Source of the DNA: Octopus vulgaris
Taxonomy: Eukaryota
Length of the DNA stretch: 64,000 nt
Assembly: GCA_951406725.2 (NCBI GenBank)
Contig: OX597815.1
Coordinates: forward strand, 91,760,001 to 91,824,000
Reading direction: 5' to 3'
The position numbers were made by a program, and so were the translations under genes. The notes beneath the pieces are model-generated. The model saw only the letters and a list, made by a program, of their open reading frames with translations. It searched no databases and was not told where the DNA came from. Every line of letters starts with the position of its first letter. Within the stretch, counting starts at the first letter, position 1. This document shows, in pieces, positions 27,801-41,584 of the stretch.

Positions 27801-28213
27801 ATAGTAAAGCTTGTGCAGTAATTTGAAGCATTCTATTTACAACACTTATCTTCATCTTTACTATTACCATTCCTACCATCACCAATTCCACCATCATTAA
27901 TATCAACATCATTTTCTTACTACCATTATCATCATCATCATCATATTCCCATCAACATCTTCCCTGGTGGCATACCATTATTACTACAAACACTACTATC
28001 ACCATCATCATCATTATCATCATTTTCAATGGCAACATTTAACCATTCAAAACAGAAATTTTGCATTGTCGAATGTTTTTAAGTACTACAGTGGGAGGAG
28101 AGTATGTTAAGTTCTATAGAATTATCTGGCCTATGCTGCTTATAGCCAAACATCTTTCCGAGAACAAGGGCAAGCCATTATTTCTTTGCTTCTTTTATCT
28201 TTGCCCTCAACAG

Positions 28214-28288
28214 AATCCTTATTGGCTGCAAACTGCTGGAAAGTTCTTTAGAGATTGGAAATGTAGCAGAATGGCGCCATTCTTTTAA
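28214..28288 (+). CDS. Candidate terminal coding exon of an unidentified gene
   Basis: Strong pyrimidine tract and CAG acceptor; NPYWLQTAGKFFRDWKCSRMAPFF*; AATAAA at 28620. Confidence 0.35.
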   Translation, partial: NPYWLQTAGKFFRDWKCSRMAPFF

Positions 28289-30759
28289 ATTATGGGACCC
28301 AGAGGACAGCAGTGCTTTCTTTTCTTTTGCAATACCCTGTTATTGTTAGTTGTTGTTTTTTTCTTCTTCTTTTGTTTTGTTTTTTTCCCCTTCTTGTGCA
28401 TTGTCTTTCTGAACTGCCATTTCAGTTCTCTATACTGAATGCCTGATGTTAAGTCAAACAAAGAAGACAGAGATATTTTAGGTTAACCAGAGGCAGAGTT
28501 TGGGTGAATTAGAAAGAAAGCTCTGACTAAATGTAAGGTTACAACTAAAGTGAAGTAAACTACTAAGTTGACTAAGAACTGAGTGGCTGCTATCTTCAGT
28601 TACCTGTTACACTGATTTCAATAAACTTAAGTCTGATGTAGTAATTTCCCTTAGCTTTGCTTCCAGTCCACCTTATTCTGCCTCTGGATAACTATTCAGA
28701 ATTCATGATATACAAATAACAAAGATTAGTTTAAATGAAGGTGGATCTTGGGCTAAGGACAGAGCTACTGTGAACTAAGTGAGTGCTGTAAGTTTAAACA
28801 GCAGGGTATATTGGAGTTTAAGTTAAGATTAAATGGAGAGGAATTTCAGCAGTTATTAAGCTTCAAACTAGCAAAAGAATAAAGCAGGACTAAATGAATG
28901 TAGAGCTTAGGTTAAGTGAAAAGAAAAATAGGACAGATGTTTCAGAGTTCAATTTAAATAAAGGGAGTTCTAACACTAAATAGAGGAAAACTGGGGCTAA
29001 CTTGAAGGTGAACAAAGGTTAGACAAAAGAATGACTAGAGCTAGCTGTAAATAGAACCAGGGTTAATGAGAATATAAAAAGATAGAGCTTGAGATATAAA
29101 ATGGCAGGATTGATAGACTGAGCTTGGATTAAATGAAGAAACAGCTACAGAGTCAATTACAGAAAGTTGTTGTTGTTATTGTTTTAGTCCTAAATAAATC
29201 TGGATTGGGCAGAACTAAGTTCCAGAGCATTTCATCCATGGCTATTACAGCTTTCAAATGTTATGTAGGTTTACATTGTTTACATCATCTAATGTGTCCT
29301 CTTTCTTACAACAGTAAGATGTGATTAGAAGTAAATTTGGCTGCTATTTCTAACAAGTCAACTGACCACATACAGGTTCCATCATTGGTTCATCATCATC
29401 ATCATTGCCCTTGTGTTGTTTAGCTCCAAAGTTAACTCAAGCAGATTTGTTACATGGATAGTCATCTAAATGAATAAGTGTGAGAGGAGGGCCATGGATA
29501 GAATGCCTATGATCCTAGATCTGTTCACTCAGGATTCACCTGGAGTTAAACAACCTCACCAACACAAACATTATCATTATCACTATTTCCATTGCCTAAG
29601 AGACCTGGAGATAAATGATAAGAATACAACACTCACCATTATCATCACTACTACCACTACTAATTGAATCACTCAGAACTTACCCGAGGCTAAACAACAG
29701 TATTAGCTCTACCTCAACCACAGCTACAATTAACATAATAAACAACATTAGCTCTGCCACAACCTTAAACATAATTAACATAATCACCAATTCATAGCCT
29801 TAATTGCCAAAACCACCACGAATAACATCAACAACAATAATAATAGAAAGATAAAAACAACACAATTATCATCAACCACAACCCTTTTATCAACTTTAGC
29901 AACAACACTTGTAGCCAACAAAGACGCCTCTATGTGCTCACTCAGTCTTCTAGAAATAGGAACCAAATTTCCCTCAAAATGGAAGAACCTATTGGATAGT
30001 ATAGTTTTGAATGAAAATAAGACAAGATGGCCACAACTGGAACATCTTTAACTGCAGATGTGTTTGATCAAACCTGACCAGGGGTCTGAATAACTACACT
30101 AATAACTGTTTCAAATTTTAGCACATGATCAGCAATTTTAGAAAGAAGAGGAAGGCTAGCCAATGCATCACCTCAGTACTCTTGACTGATATTTTATGTT
30201 ATTGATCCAAAAAAGTTGAAAAGCAAATTTGACCTCAGTGGGATCTGAACTCAGAACATACAGAAATGTGCTAAGCATTTTCTCCCAAACACTAACAATT
30301 CTGCCAACTTATCACCTTAATATAACACTAATAATATCAGCAGTTTTTCTATTAGAAATTTATTCCTTTCTATAACCAAACATTTTCTATTACAATATTC
30401 TGTGCTTGCTGAATTTATAAATTCTTACTGTCCTTTGCAATTCTATATGTAATTACCACTCCAACATTCATATAATTTGGCTTTACTATTCAATGTAAAT
30501 AATTGTCTCATTATACTATATTTTTATTTGGCACTCCTTTGGTTTTAGCATCCATTTCTTTTGGCTTCAGCATTTTCTTCATTTTGACTTTTCTGTTCTT
30601 TTCTCTTTGACTTTAGTGTCTTTGTAGTCTGATTATAAACACATTTTTGTTTGTCTTTTGGTATTAATTCATCTGATTTGTAGCATTATTTGGGTTTGAA
30701 TTTAGCTTTTCTGGATTGAATATCGTTGTTTGTGTTAAGGTAACTTAAACAATATTTTC

Positions 30760-33000
30760 CCAATGTCCTGATTATAGTCAATGCAATGATTCTAAACAAG
30801 GAGTTTGTTGTGTAGAGTTTTAGAAGCATAACAGTGTAGAATATGACAAGATATCTCATAGTTTATCGATCAATATGTGAGGTTGAAATTGATAAGTGTC
30901 AGAGCATTATTATTGGAGTAGTTTATCATCGTCTACAGGTTGAATATGTCATTTTCCTAGATACCCTTAAAAGCATTTTAAAACAAAACAAAAGCATATA
31001 TATATTTTACTACTTTATCACCAATCTTATTATAATGACTGAAATGCCTCTAAATTTATTGACTGCACATTTTCTCAATGATTTTTGCAAGTTATAAACA
31101 ACCCAACAAGTATCTATAAGAACACTGCTTCATAGTAATAATAGTGTGTAATAATAGTAGAGACAATATCCACTATACAATTTAGTAAAGAAATTCAACA
31201 ATCTAAAAAATCCAGGTTCTGTAGATTTTAGGGTAAAACTAATCTAAAAGCATTTCTTAAACTTTTATCACAAGAAAACTTTATAGAATCTTAAATGAGC
31301 TTGACACAAAGCATATGATAAATTTCTCAACATATTTGTCAATGCCTTTAAGGCATCTCTACTATAAAAGTGAAATAAACTGTAACTTGAAATATTACAA
31401 CTGACAGCCATGTTTGACAAGAGAGGGGAGGGTCAGTTATATCTTCTATAAAGATATCTGCCAATAGATCTTTAAGGTGAGAATGTCATCTAGCCTTCTT
31501 AATGTTCAAATGTTACAAAAATGTATTATTTTAAAAAATAATGTAAACAGCAGAAGATTAATGCTATACTGGGGAAGTAGATAAGTATAAACATAATATA
31601 AAACAAACTGGGAGCATTGAAAATGATGATCTAAATAGAAGAATAATCCATAAATCTCTTCCTGACATATTCCTCATTAATGGAAAAATGTGACATGTTA
31701 AACCAAAGGAGCCATGGGGTTCAACCTATTCCGTGCAAACATTAGTGAAAATGATGGTGAGAATGTTTCACAATCTTCAAAGTATTTTAGTCAATACCTT
31801 AAAAAGAATTAAGCAAATTACTTTTTTATGACGTGGTGATGATAACTTCAAATAATAAAACTTCTACAAGGTGTGATGAAATAGTGTTATTCTTAATTAA
31901 GTCACTTCCTCTTTCAATCCCTTGATTTTTGTACCTATCTGTGAAGTTGGATTTTTTCCAACAAAATTGAAATGTGTAAATTGCTCCTATGCTTAAATAA
32001 TGATGACTTAAGCTTTTTTCAATGCATTTTTTCAAACATTCTAGAAAACATCATGTGTTGGTAAAAGTTTCTGCATGTAATATTCTCTAACATTCTCTCC
32101 TATTGTTTCAAGAAACCTTACTCAGTCCAGTAGCCTTGGATCTTCAGAAACTAATAAAACTTCTCTAAGGTATCAATACTTTGGTCGGTCCTGTTAACAA
32201 ATTTATATAAATGATTTGTGCGCAACCACAAATTTAGATCTCTATTTTTCTGATGATACACATGCAATCATCAATGAGAATGACATTAAACTCTTTATGA
32301 AAAATTAAACTGTGAATTAATTAATATGTTAGACTGGCTTAATTCAAACAAATAAACTTTAAACACAGGGGAAAAAAAAGCAGCAAGTATTATTTTTGTG
32401 ATTCAAACAGTGATACTATTTATACCGTTGTTTGTATGTTGAATATGTTATAAAACTATGGTAAGAATAGGAAGTGGTAAATAACATCTCATTTTTCAGT
32501 GAATGGGGTATATAAATAGATATGAAAATTAAGTGAGCTTGATTTGTTAAACTAATAAACCTAAAATTTTAAAAGCTATCTTTGTTATAAAATTAAACAA
32601 AATAATTCCTTCCGTGGGTACAGCAATATCCTTGTACTTTAGCAATGTTTAGCCTTATCTAAATATTGGTATACTGTCTAAAGGAACTGCTCTCAAGGTA
32701 TTGAACTACACTGAAAAGATCCAGAAAATGGATACAAGAATGTGTGCAAAAAATAGAATAGCCACACTGGACCACTGAGTAGCAGTTTGGTGTTTTGATT
32801 ATAATAGATTTGTTTAAAATTAAGTCTTCCCTATTTGTTTATTTATGATTTCATGTAATAAATTACCAATTTCCTTTGAAATGAGGTTTTTCAAAATCAA
32901 CTATTTATTACCGCCTACCCAGCAATTTGAGAAAATAGAAACATATCAAGAAGTATTCCCCATATCTGTTTTATAAAACAAATGAGCTCACCTAATACAG
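30760..33000 (+). pseudogene. Highly decayed CR1/L2-group LINE (endonuclease plus RT remnants)
   Basis: IIIGVVYHR (APE-type motif) near 30910; RT remnants resembling QGSILGPxL..YINDL (32167-32218) and FSDDT (32245-32260); many stops and frameshifts. Confidence 0.65.
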
Positions 33001-33694
33001 GCCACCCAGTTCAAGAAAAATTATATTTTTGCAAAGCAGATCTTTTTCTTAAAAAATACTAAAAGATAACATGCCAAAACGAATGTTCAAGCTATGTTAG
33101 ATTGCATGTTTTTAGTAAGCATGTGCATTAGATGTAGCAATTGTGAAACCTAAAACACTGTCCTTATTCAAACAACTGTGAAATAGGTTTTATTTACAAC
33201 AAAACAAATGTAATTCAATCATAGGTGGAAGACATATGGGGCTTCCACCTAATCACAGGCATTTTTCTTGATTTTCTTTTCTTTCTTCACTTCCTCATTT
33301 TATTTCCAATTCATTCTAATTTGTCTTTTTAAAAATTTTTTGAGTTTTTTTTTTTTTTTCCTCTTTTACTTATTTCTCTAGTATGTGTTTGTAGCAATTA
33401 CTTGTGATAAAGAGGAAAACTATATTCTTACCATGCCAATGATATGAACTTGCCCCCATAGATTTGAGCTGTGTCTTATTTAATTGAGATCCAATCAATG
33501 CCACACTCGTTCATTGACAACAGCAACTGCACTATTTGAACCAATTTGCTAGTGTGACAACAACAAACTTCAGAAATAGTCTTTTAAAAAAAAATTGTAT
33601 TCCACAGGAAAAACAGGTGTACTGCTAAAATTACATTGTTTTGAATGAAAAGTATTGCTAATAGCAGTTTTGCAACATAGACTTGACTCATTTG

Positions 33695-34577
33695 TGAGGT
33701 GGTATCAAAATATTCCCTGACTAGTTCTGTAGCGTACCAACAGATGGTCACACACAGTTTCATGCACAGTGAGAGCTTGCAGTGACCTTCATGAGGCAGT
33801 GTGCTGAGTGACATCACTGTGTTTACTTTGTAAGTTGTGAAATTTGTGTTTTTGTGATCGTGTGTATGTTGTAGTCTGTGATTTTGTTATGGACAGGAAC
33901 AAAGAGCCAACGTGATACTTTGCATTAAACTTAGGAAGTCTGCTACAGAGACATTCAGCATGTTTCAGCAAGCTTATGGTGACAAGATAATGGGTTGTAT
34001 ACAATGTTTCGAGTGGCACAGGGGCTTCAAAAGTGGAAGATGATGAGTAATTGGGAAGACTTGCTATGAGCATCACCTCTGGAAATGTGGTATTGTGAAT
34101 CGAGAATTTGTTCCCCAAGGCCAGACCATCAATTGAGAGTTCTACCGTGACATTTTGAAGCATCTGAGGGAGGACATTTGGCGAAAGTGACCAGATCTGT
34201 GGAACATGAAGAATTGGATTTTTCACCAAACTCTCCTCACTTGTGAGCTTCTCACTGAAAACAACATGGTATCGCTTCCATACCCACCCTATTCACCAGA
34301 TTTAGCACCTGTGGACTTCCATCTCTTCCCCAAGATGAAAATGCAGCTCAGAGGTCGCTGTTTTTAACAACATTGTCAAGATCCAGAGCAAATTGCAGAA
34401 GGTCCTTGTCTCACTTACAGAAAACGATTTCCAGGCCAGATTCCAAAAGTGGCAGGAATGCTGGGACTGGTGTATTGCTGCACAAAATAACTATTTCAAA
34501 GGAGATGATAAAACTTAGATAAAGAAGTTAATTTTTATTAAACATAACTAGTCTGGGAACCTTTTGATACCACCTCA
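33695..34577 (+). mobile_element. Internally deleted mariner transposon
   Basis: TIRs tgaggtggtatcaaaa..ttccc.gactagtt / aactagtctgggaaccttttgataccacctca; remnants KLRKSATETFSM and PYSPDLAPVDFHLFPKMK. Confidence 0.92.
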
Positions 34578-35291
34578 TTTTGTAACAGACATCAAAATCA
34601 TTCAAGAAATAAACCAACCAAAGTAATGGACTATTCCAAGTCTACATACAATATCATAGAAGGAAGAGTTATTTACTCTTTCACTTCTCTATAGCTTTAC
34701 TTTACATACTCGAGTCAACATACAGTGTCCATGAGTTACTGAGTCATTAACCAGGAGCAAACTGCTTTGCTTCACTCACGTCAGCATGTCTAAACTATTA
34801 GACATGTTTCAGGCTGAATTAATAATCCCATAAAAAAAAAAAACATTCTTATGTTCTCTCTCATTTTTACCATAGCAATACTATTTGCTCTAACCATTGT
34901 GCCACACTAACAGAAACAGTAATTCACAAACATAATCTCTGTGTGAGTGTATGTGTGTGTGTGTGTGTCTCTGTATATATGATATATTTTCGACACCTGA
35001 ATTACTTAATGAACATTGATACATGAACATTTGTATAATACGTTCTACAAATACATGGAACTTTTTTTTCTTTTTTGCTATGCTTGAATTGTTACTGTTT
35101 TATAATGCTTTGAACCGATGTTTTGTATCACTTTGAATTATCCCATCACTTAGACTAGACAGGGCTATATGCAAGGTGAAACATAGAAAACATAGAAAAG
35201 AAACAAAATTTATATATGTGTGTGTGTGTGTATATATATATATGTATATATGTATATAAATGTATGTATGTGTGCGTGTGTGTATATATAA

Positions 35292-35337
<46 letters not shown>

Positions 35338-35350
35338 ATAAATGTATGTA

Positions 35351-35395
<45 letters not shown>

Positions 35396-35772
35396 CACAA
35401 ACACCACAATTACTATTTATTGTTGTTATCTCTGTTGCATATGTGTGCATGTGTGTAAAATTCTTCTGTACTTATTTTTTAGGCTATTTTATGTTACTTT
35501 CCTGTATTGAAGTTATTTCTTATGAAAAGGAATGTTCTGGAAGACAGCTTATGTTAAGAACATTGCCTTTGTGATTTGTCTAATGCTCAACTTGTACATA
35601 TAAATATACATATACATACATATATATATATATATATATCTGCGTTTTTATCATATTATTGTAGACAGTCAAATAAAATATCTATTTATCTTTATAAACA
35701 CTGACATTACACAAACATATAGTAATAACTTACATCAACTAGTGGACATGGACCACACACACACTCACGCAT

Positions 35773-35842
<70 letters not shown>

Positions 35843-35925
35843 ATTAAAAGGAGGGTGAACGTTTTATTTTAGTTGTTGTTGTTACTGTTATCTTTCAAGT
35901 TTTGCAAGTAATCTTGTTATTATTA

Positions 35926-36015
<90 letters not shown>

Positions 36016-36096
36016 CTTTCACTTTCTAGCAATATATATTTATGTGTGTGTGTGTGTGTATATATATATATACACACACATATATATATAGATATA

Positions 36097-36138
<42 letters not shown>

Positions 36139-37984
36139 ATCTCTGCTTCTCTTACACTCTCGCGTTCCTCTTTGTCAATTTCTCCCCACCTCATTCTTTC
36201 GTTCTTTTCTTCCTCTCTTTATCGTCTGCTTTCCCTTTCCCCACTTTTCTCCTTTCTTCAATATTACAATATTTATTCTCAACCACTCATTAGTTTATGC
36301 CCATATATGGTTCCTATCCAATTAAAATTCCACATGTGTTTCATCTATGTTCTCATTGATGTTTGTGTCTAATGCAAGTATTACTGCTATAGTATTTCAA
36401 TGATACTTCTACATATCCGTCTTTCTATTTCTACCTTCCATCACCACTCTCATTTCCATAGACATGACCACTTGAACCACAATATTGCTTCTGCTCACAC
36501 TGCCAAATAATATCCAACAACTTGGTCATTAATTAATTTTGTTGTTTTTGTTCCTTTCTTTCTTTGTTTTATTGCATCCATATCTTATAATGACAAGGAT
36601 ATTAGGGGGCTGAGTTGGCAGAAATATCCAAAACGTAAATGCCTCTTAATCCTCTCTCATTCAAAGAGCTTTCTAAGAATCCAGTACTGCTTAACTCCAG
36701 TTTCATGTTAATCAGATGAAAAATTAATCTTCCTTTCCGTCTTTTATAGGATGCTACTAACATCATGATGATCTGCTACCTAATCACAACAGCTAGGTGC
36801 ATTGAGACCATGTAAATATAAATGCATTTCCCAGACTCACAATGAAACATGACTTGATCTCAAGTTCATTTCACCTTTCTGTAACCATATCTGCATCTAC
36901 ATCCCTTCACTCTGAAAGAAGGCTAATGTTTAAAACACTGGACTTCCATCCTCTTGTTTTTTGTCCATGCAGTGTATCTAGCATCACATTATCCACTGTC
37001 TTTTCTTTAAGACAATTGGGTGTAATTTGAGTGAGGTTTGGGTACTCTTTCTAGCAGGTTATGGAAGCAGCATTGAAGCTCTTTTGTTGGTGATATCTTC
37101 AGTTAAGACAAGGTGGTATAACCTCTGTCAGTATAATGAGCTCTTGTTTCCTTAAGATTCATTGGGAGATGAGATAGTATGCAGTTTGGCTGTGAATTAG
37201 ACTGCAATACAGTTACTGATAGAGCTGTTATTTTCGTGTGTGTTTGGATTGGCTAGATAGAAGTTGTAAATTTAATTGCACTTGTTTAACTTTTTTTGAT
37301 GATCAGTCACATTTTAACAAAGAATTGCAAGCTGAGAGAGCTAACACTTCTCATTTGCAGAAAAAGATATGTTTTCACAGTGTGGGGGATGAACTTAGTT
37401 AAAGAGAAATTTGGGAAGAAATTAGGTGGTGTTATGATCATAGCATGAAAGAAACCAAACACTTAACCTTTTAATGAAGTAACAATACTAGTAATGATGA
37501 TTTCTAACATGGTACAAGGTCACACATTGAGGTTGGGGACTGAAAATTGCAATTAAACTTACTCTAGTATACTATTGGCACTCTATTTTATCACACACAC
37601 CCTGCTTCTCTCTGAAAAGGTGACAGGAAAGTTTAACAATGCTAGTTGTGGTAACAGTGGTAGCAATGCCTGTTCCTGGGATAGGCATGAAGCCTAAAAT
37701 TTAGAAAAGATTCAGTAATATGAAAGCTATTTTAACGTGTTTTATGTGAAAAGGTTTTCTCCAAAAAGCTATGTCACTTTATGCTACTAATTACAACTTT
37801 GAAAAGGGCATGGACAGTAGGGGTTCAATTTGAAAATGTTCCCTTCTTTTACTGTGTGCCGAAACACAAACTTGAGTGCTTCTACCCCCCCACACACACA
37901 CACACACTCACACACACATAGATACATGCACTTTCACATACACACATTCATATACTTACATACACACACACATACACATACGCG

Positions 37985-38019
<35 letters not shown>

Positions 38020-38033
38020 CATACTTTCACATA

Positions 38034-38204
38034 TATATTAAAAATGAAAAGAAGAAAACTCTTTGAGAACCTTTTCATGAATAAAAGAAAGAAATATTTA
38101 CATTTTTATCAAAATATGTGTATTTTGATAAAAATGTAAATATTTTCTTTCTTTTATTCATGATAAAGTTTTCAAGGCATTTTCTTCTTTATGTTTTTAA
38201 TATA
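38034..38204. repeat. About 170-bp AT-rich palindrome (MITE-like)
   Basis: catgaataaaagaaagaaatatttacatttttatcaaaata-tgtg-tattttgataaaaatgtaaatattttctttcttttattcatg with imperfect outer arms. Confidence 0.85.
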
Positions 38205-39540
38205 AATTTACTCGTGTGAAACTCTTAACCTTTTCAATATACGTGTGTGTGTGTGTGTGTGAGTGTGTGTGTGTTGAGGTATTATTCTTATAAAACTTTT
38301 CCATCTCTTAGATATTTTGTGAGCCATTAGCAAAGAGCATCTTATCTGCCCATTAGATGGGTTATTCCACATTATCCCATATTGGATAATATTTACTTAA
38401 CATAAACTCATATTCTTTACTGCTATACAGCATCCCAGTACACCATGTGATCATGATTGATCATGATCATGATGATGGATCTCACATCACTTTTGACTCT
38501 AAACATTCCTGTTGTTCAATCATGGAACTATCTATTTATCATCTCATGGTACACATGGTTGAATATGTCACAGACACTCTTGTATTTTTAACATAATCCT
38601 CGGTCAGAAACAGCAAGACAGTGTATGAAAACATTGGTCTTTTGCATCTACAGATGCAGTCCAACCAACAGGCTTCCATACAGTTTCTATCTACCAAGTC
38701 TCCAATTCCTTGATTATTTGTGAACCAAGACTAAAGAGTAATTGTCTTCCCAAGAGATGAGTTATCCTATATCAAACAATACTTCTTTATCATATCACAA
38801 ACTCGTATGCTTTGTTACTCTATGCCTATAGCATCATATAGCACCATATAATGACCATTGTGATGGGATCCACTTTCACTTAATTCCCCCAATGCCTCTG
38901 GGAAAGGCATCAGCATAACAACATCTGTATTTCCTTCCCCTGTTAAAATATTTAAATTTATGTCTTGTCAAAAGAAACCAAGTTCTTACATGTTCTGATG
39001 GATGGCATATCAGCCATCTTTTTATAGTGTACAGGAAACCCAGGCCTACATTAGCCAACATGTCCATTTCTAAGATAGTAGTGTGTGATTTCAGGGAACT
39101 TGGTTGTTATTTCTAGTATATTAAGGACCACTTAGGGGCTGTCTCATTGATTTGGAAATTCTTAGATTTCACTGTTGTGTGCTGCAAAGTGAAAGATAAA
39201 CTTGACTGTGTGATTTTGCTTCATGGTTAAAACTGTTTCACTTTATTTATGCTGTTAATATCCTTTAATAGGTGAAAACATCACATCATATTTTTCTTCT
39301 TTCTTTTTTAAATCTACACTCCATGCCTTATCAAAAGAAACTATTTATTTTTACATTTCTGTCAAAGTTGATGCAGAGTAACAAGTAAGATCTTGGCAAG
39401 TCGGATTTGTGTTACACTCCTGATTCTGCTTGTTACTACATCACATTATTGAAGTAGTATTTCAGTGAACTTAGGAAAAAAAAATGAACTTCATTAAAAA
39501 TTTTTTTTCTTTTTTGTACCACTATTCAAAATATACTAAT

Positions 39541-39870
39541 TATATTAACAATATCAAACGCACATATACAAAGTATGTATTTATCTAGTTAGAGGGCAAG
39601 CTGCACTTATAGGCATAAGAGAACATATTCTCTTCATGCACCTTGTGTTAAAACACTTGGAGGCCATAGACAAGTGAGATAACTCACATTGGATCCCATT
39701 CAGGAGCAATAGACATTTATGTTTCATCATTTTTGTGACTTGTCTATGACATTCAGGTATTTCAACCCCAGGTTCATGAAGAGAATGTACTCTCTTATGC
39801 CTATAAGTGCAGCCTGCTCACAAACTAGCAAAACACACACTTTGTGTATGTGTGTTCAATATTGCTTATA
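39541..39870. repeat. 330-bp fold-back element with about 140-bp inverted arms
   Basis: Perfect core gctgcacttataggcataagaga (39600-39622) pairs with tctcttatgcctataagtgcagc (39791-39813); similarity extends along both arms. Confidence 0.9.
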
Positions 39871-39929
39871 TTCCTTGAGCTGCTTTTAACTCATAATTGA
39901 TTAATTATATTATATTCTCTCTTTTGCAG

Positions 39930-40191
39930 CCTGAAAACTCGAAGTCCCAGTTCTCCTGTTGTTGGAATGATGTGGATGACAGAATTTACACGAAACATGC
40001 CACCACCACTGCGTCATTGGTGTGACCAAGGGGACAGCCTCTTGCGCTATGGTTGGCTTAAGCATGATGGTGTCAACTTTGGAATCCAAGAAATTGTTGA
40101 AGATCAATATACAATCCGGACAGAATTTATCAAAAGGCCAGGTGGTGACTATGGTGGAGATTGGACCACAAAAATCAAAATTACTCCAAAG
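39930..40191 (+). CDS. MOGS: MOGS (glucosidase I) internal coding exon
   Basis: Acceptor ttctctcttttgcag|c (phase 2) and donor AAG|gtatga (phase 0). Translates LKTRSPSSPVVGMMWMTEF...LRHWCDQGDSLLRYGWLKHDGVNFGIQEIVED...TEFIKRPGGDYGGDWTTKI, matching the GH63 N-terminal domain motifs (KTRSP, LRHxCxQGD, YGWxxHDG, GGDW). Confidence 0.95.
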
Positions 40192-40310
40192 GTATGATAC
40201 CATTTTTGTAATGTTTCTCTAAAAAAGGTGGCAGAGTAAGAAAGGCTGGAGAAATAGAGGAGTGGAACAAGTACACGCTGTTTTTCATCTTACTTTTTGA
40301 CCCACCAGAA

Positions 40311-40484
40311 TAGTGCTCTGCAAACTTTTTTGACTTGTGGTACACTTGTATTCTTTTCAAAATTCAACAACACACCTGAACTAAAAATGCAAGGAAAATA
40401 ATTTAACTCAGGTTACACTGCAGCACACCTAGCATTTTCTTGTGGCACACCAATGTGCCACAGCATACCAGTTGCAGAGCACTG
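40311..40484. mobile_element. hAT-like MITE
   Basis: TIRs tagtgctctgcaa / ttgcagagcactg; internal gcacac repeats; target-site duplication not clear. Confidence 0.6.
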
Positions 40485-40574
40485 CTCCAAGGGAATAAAA
40501 TAAGGAGCAGTCATATATTGGGATCAATTTAACTGACTATGTCTCTCTTTAAAATGTGTTATCAGGATTGTAGA

Positions 40575-41300
40575 TTGATTGGATCATTAGAGTTTGAAAC
40601 AAAATGCTTTGTATTTTATTTTAGTCCTTTATATTTGGAGTTCAAATCCTGTCTAGATCAACTTTACCTTTTTTCATTTTGGGGCTGGTAAAGTAAAGTA
40701 CCAGTCAAGTACTGGGTCCAATATAATCAACTATTAGGCAGCAAGCTAGCAGAATCATTAGCACACTGGGTAAAATGCTTAGTGGCATTTCATCCATCTT
40801 AACATTCAGGTTTCAAATTCTGCCCTAGGCCGACTTTACTTTTCATCCTTTTGGGGTTGATAAAATAAGAGTTGAGCACTGGGATCAATGTAATCAATTT
40901 AGCCCCTCCCGAAATTGCTGGCCTTGTGTCAAAATTTGAAACCAATGTAATCAACTATTCCTGTCCCTCAAATTCCTAGTCTTCTCCCTATGTTAGAAAC
41001 AATTGTTATTATTTGGTAGAATCATTAGAGCATTGCACAAATGCCTTACAGTATTTACTTATGGCTTTTCACATTCTGAATTCAAATCCTGCAAAGATCA
41101 ATTTTTCCTTTCAACCTTTTGAGGCTAATAAAATAAAGTACCAAGGTTGATATCATTGACTAAAGCCCACCCCTTGTTAGTGTGCCAAACAAAATGTATT
41201 GTGGTATTTAGTTACATCCGTTTACATTGTTAATTAAATTTCACCTGAATTTCTTTCTGAGGTTGATAGAATAAACTGACAGTCAAATATTGAGGTTGGT
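40575..41300 (+). repeat. Cluster of about 4 family-B SINE copies
   Basis: Repeated gaatcattag...ttcaaat...ctttcatccttt...taaaataa(a)gtacca units. Confidence 0.8.
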
Positions 41301-41584
41301 TTAATCATCTGCACACACTTCTCTAATATTTGTGCACTGTCACTGTGCAATCATGTGCAGTTCTATATGCTTTGGATGTGTGCAATGTGCATCCAACAAG
41401 TCATACTCATCTCACTTGAACAAAAAATTGAGACTCATAACATTATCTCTTCCTTACAAAAATTACTCTTGTTCCCAGCAAAAAGAAACCAATGTATATT
41501 GAGGCTTCTATGGCCACTACATCTGCTAGGTGTCATAAAATGTTTTATTTCCAGTTTACTCAAGACAAATATACTTTGGAATTA

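Noticed and set aside
35105-35165. Degenerate hammerhead-like remnant on the minus strand
   Set aside because: Both core boxes are mutated; cannot be supported.
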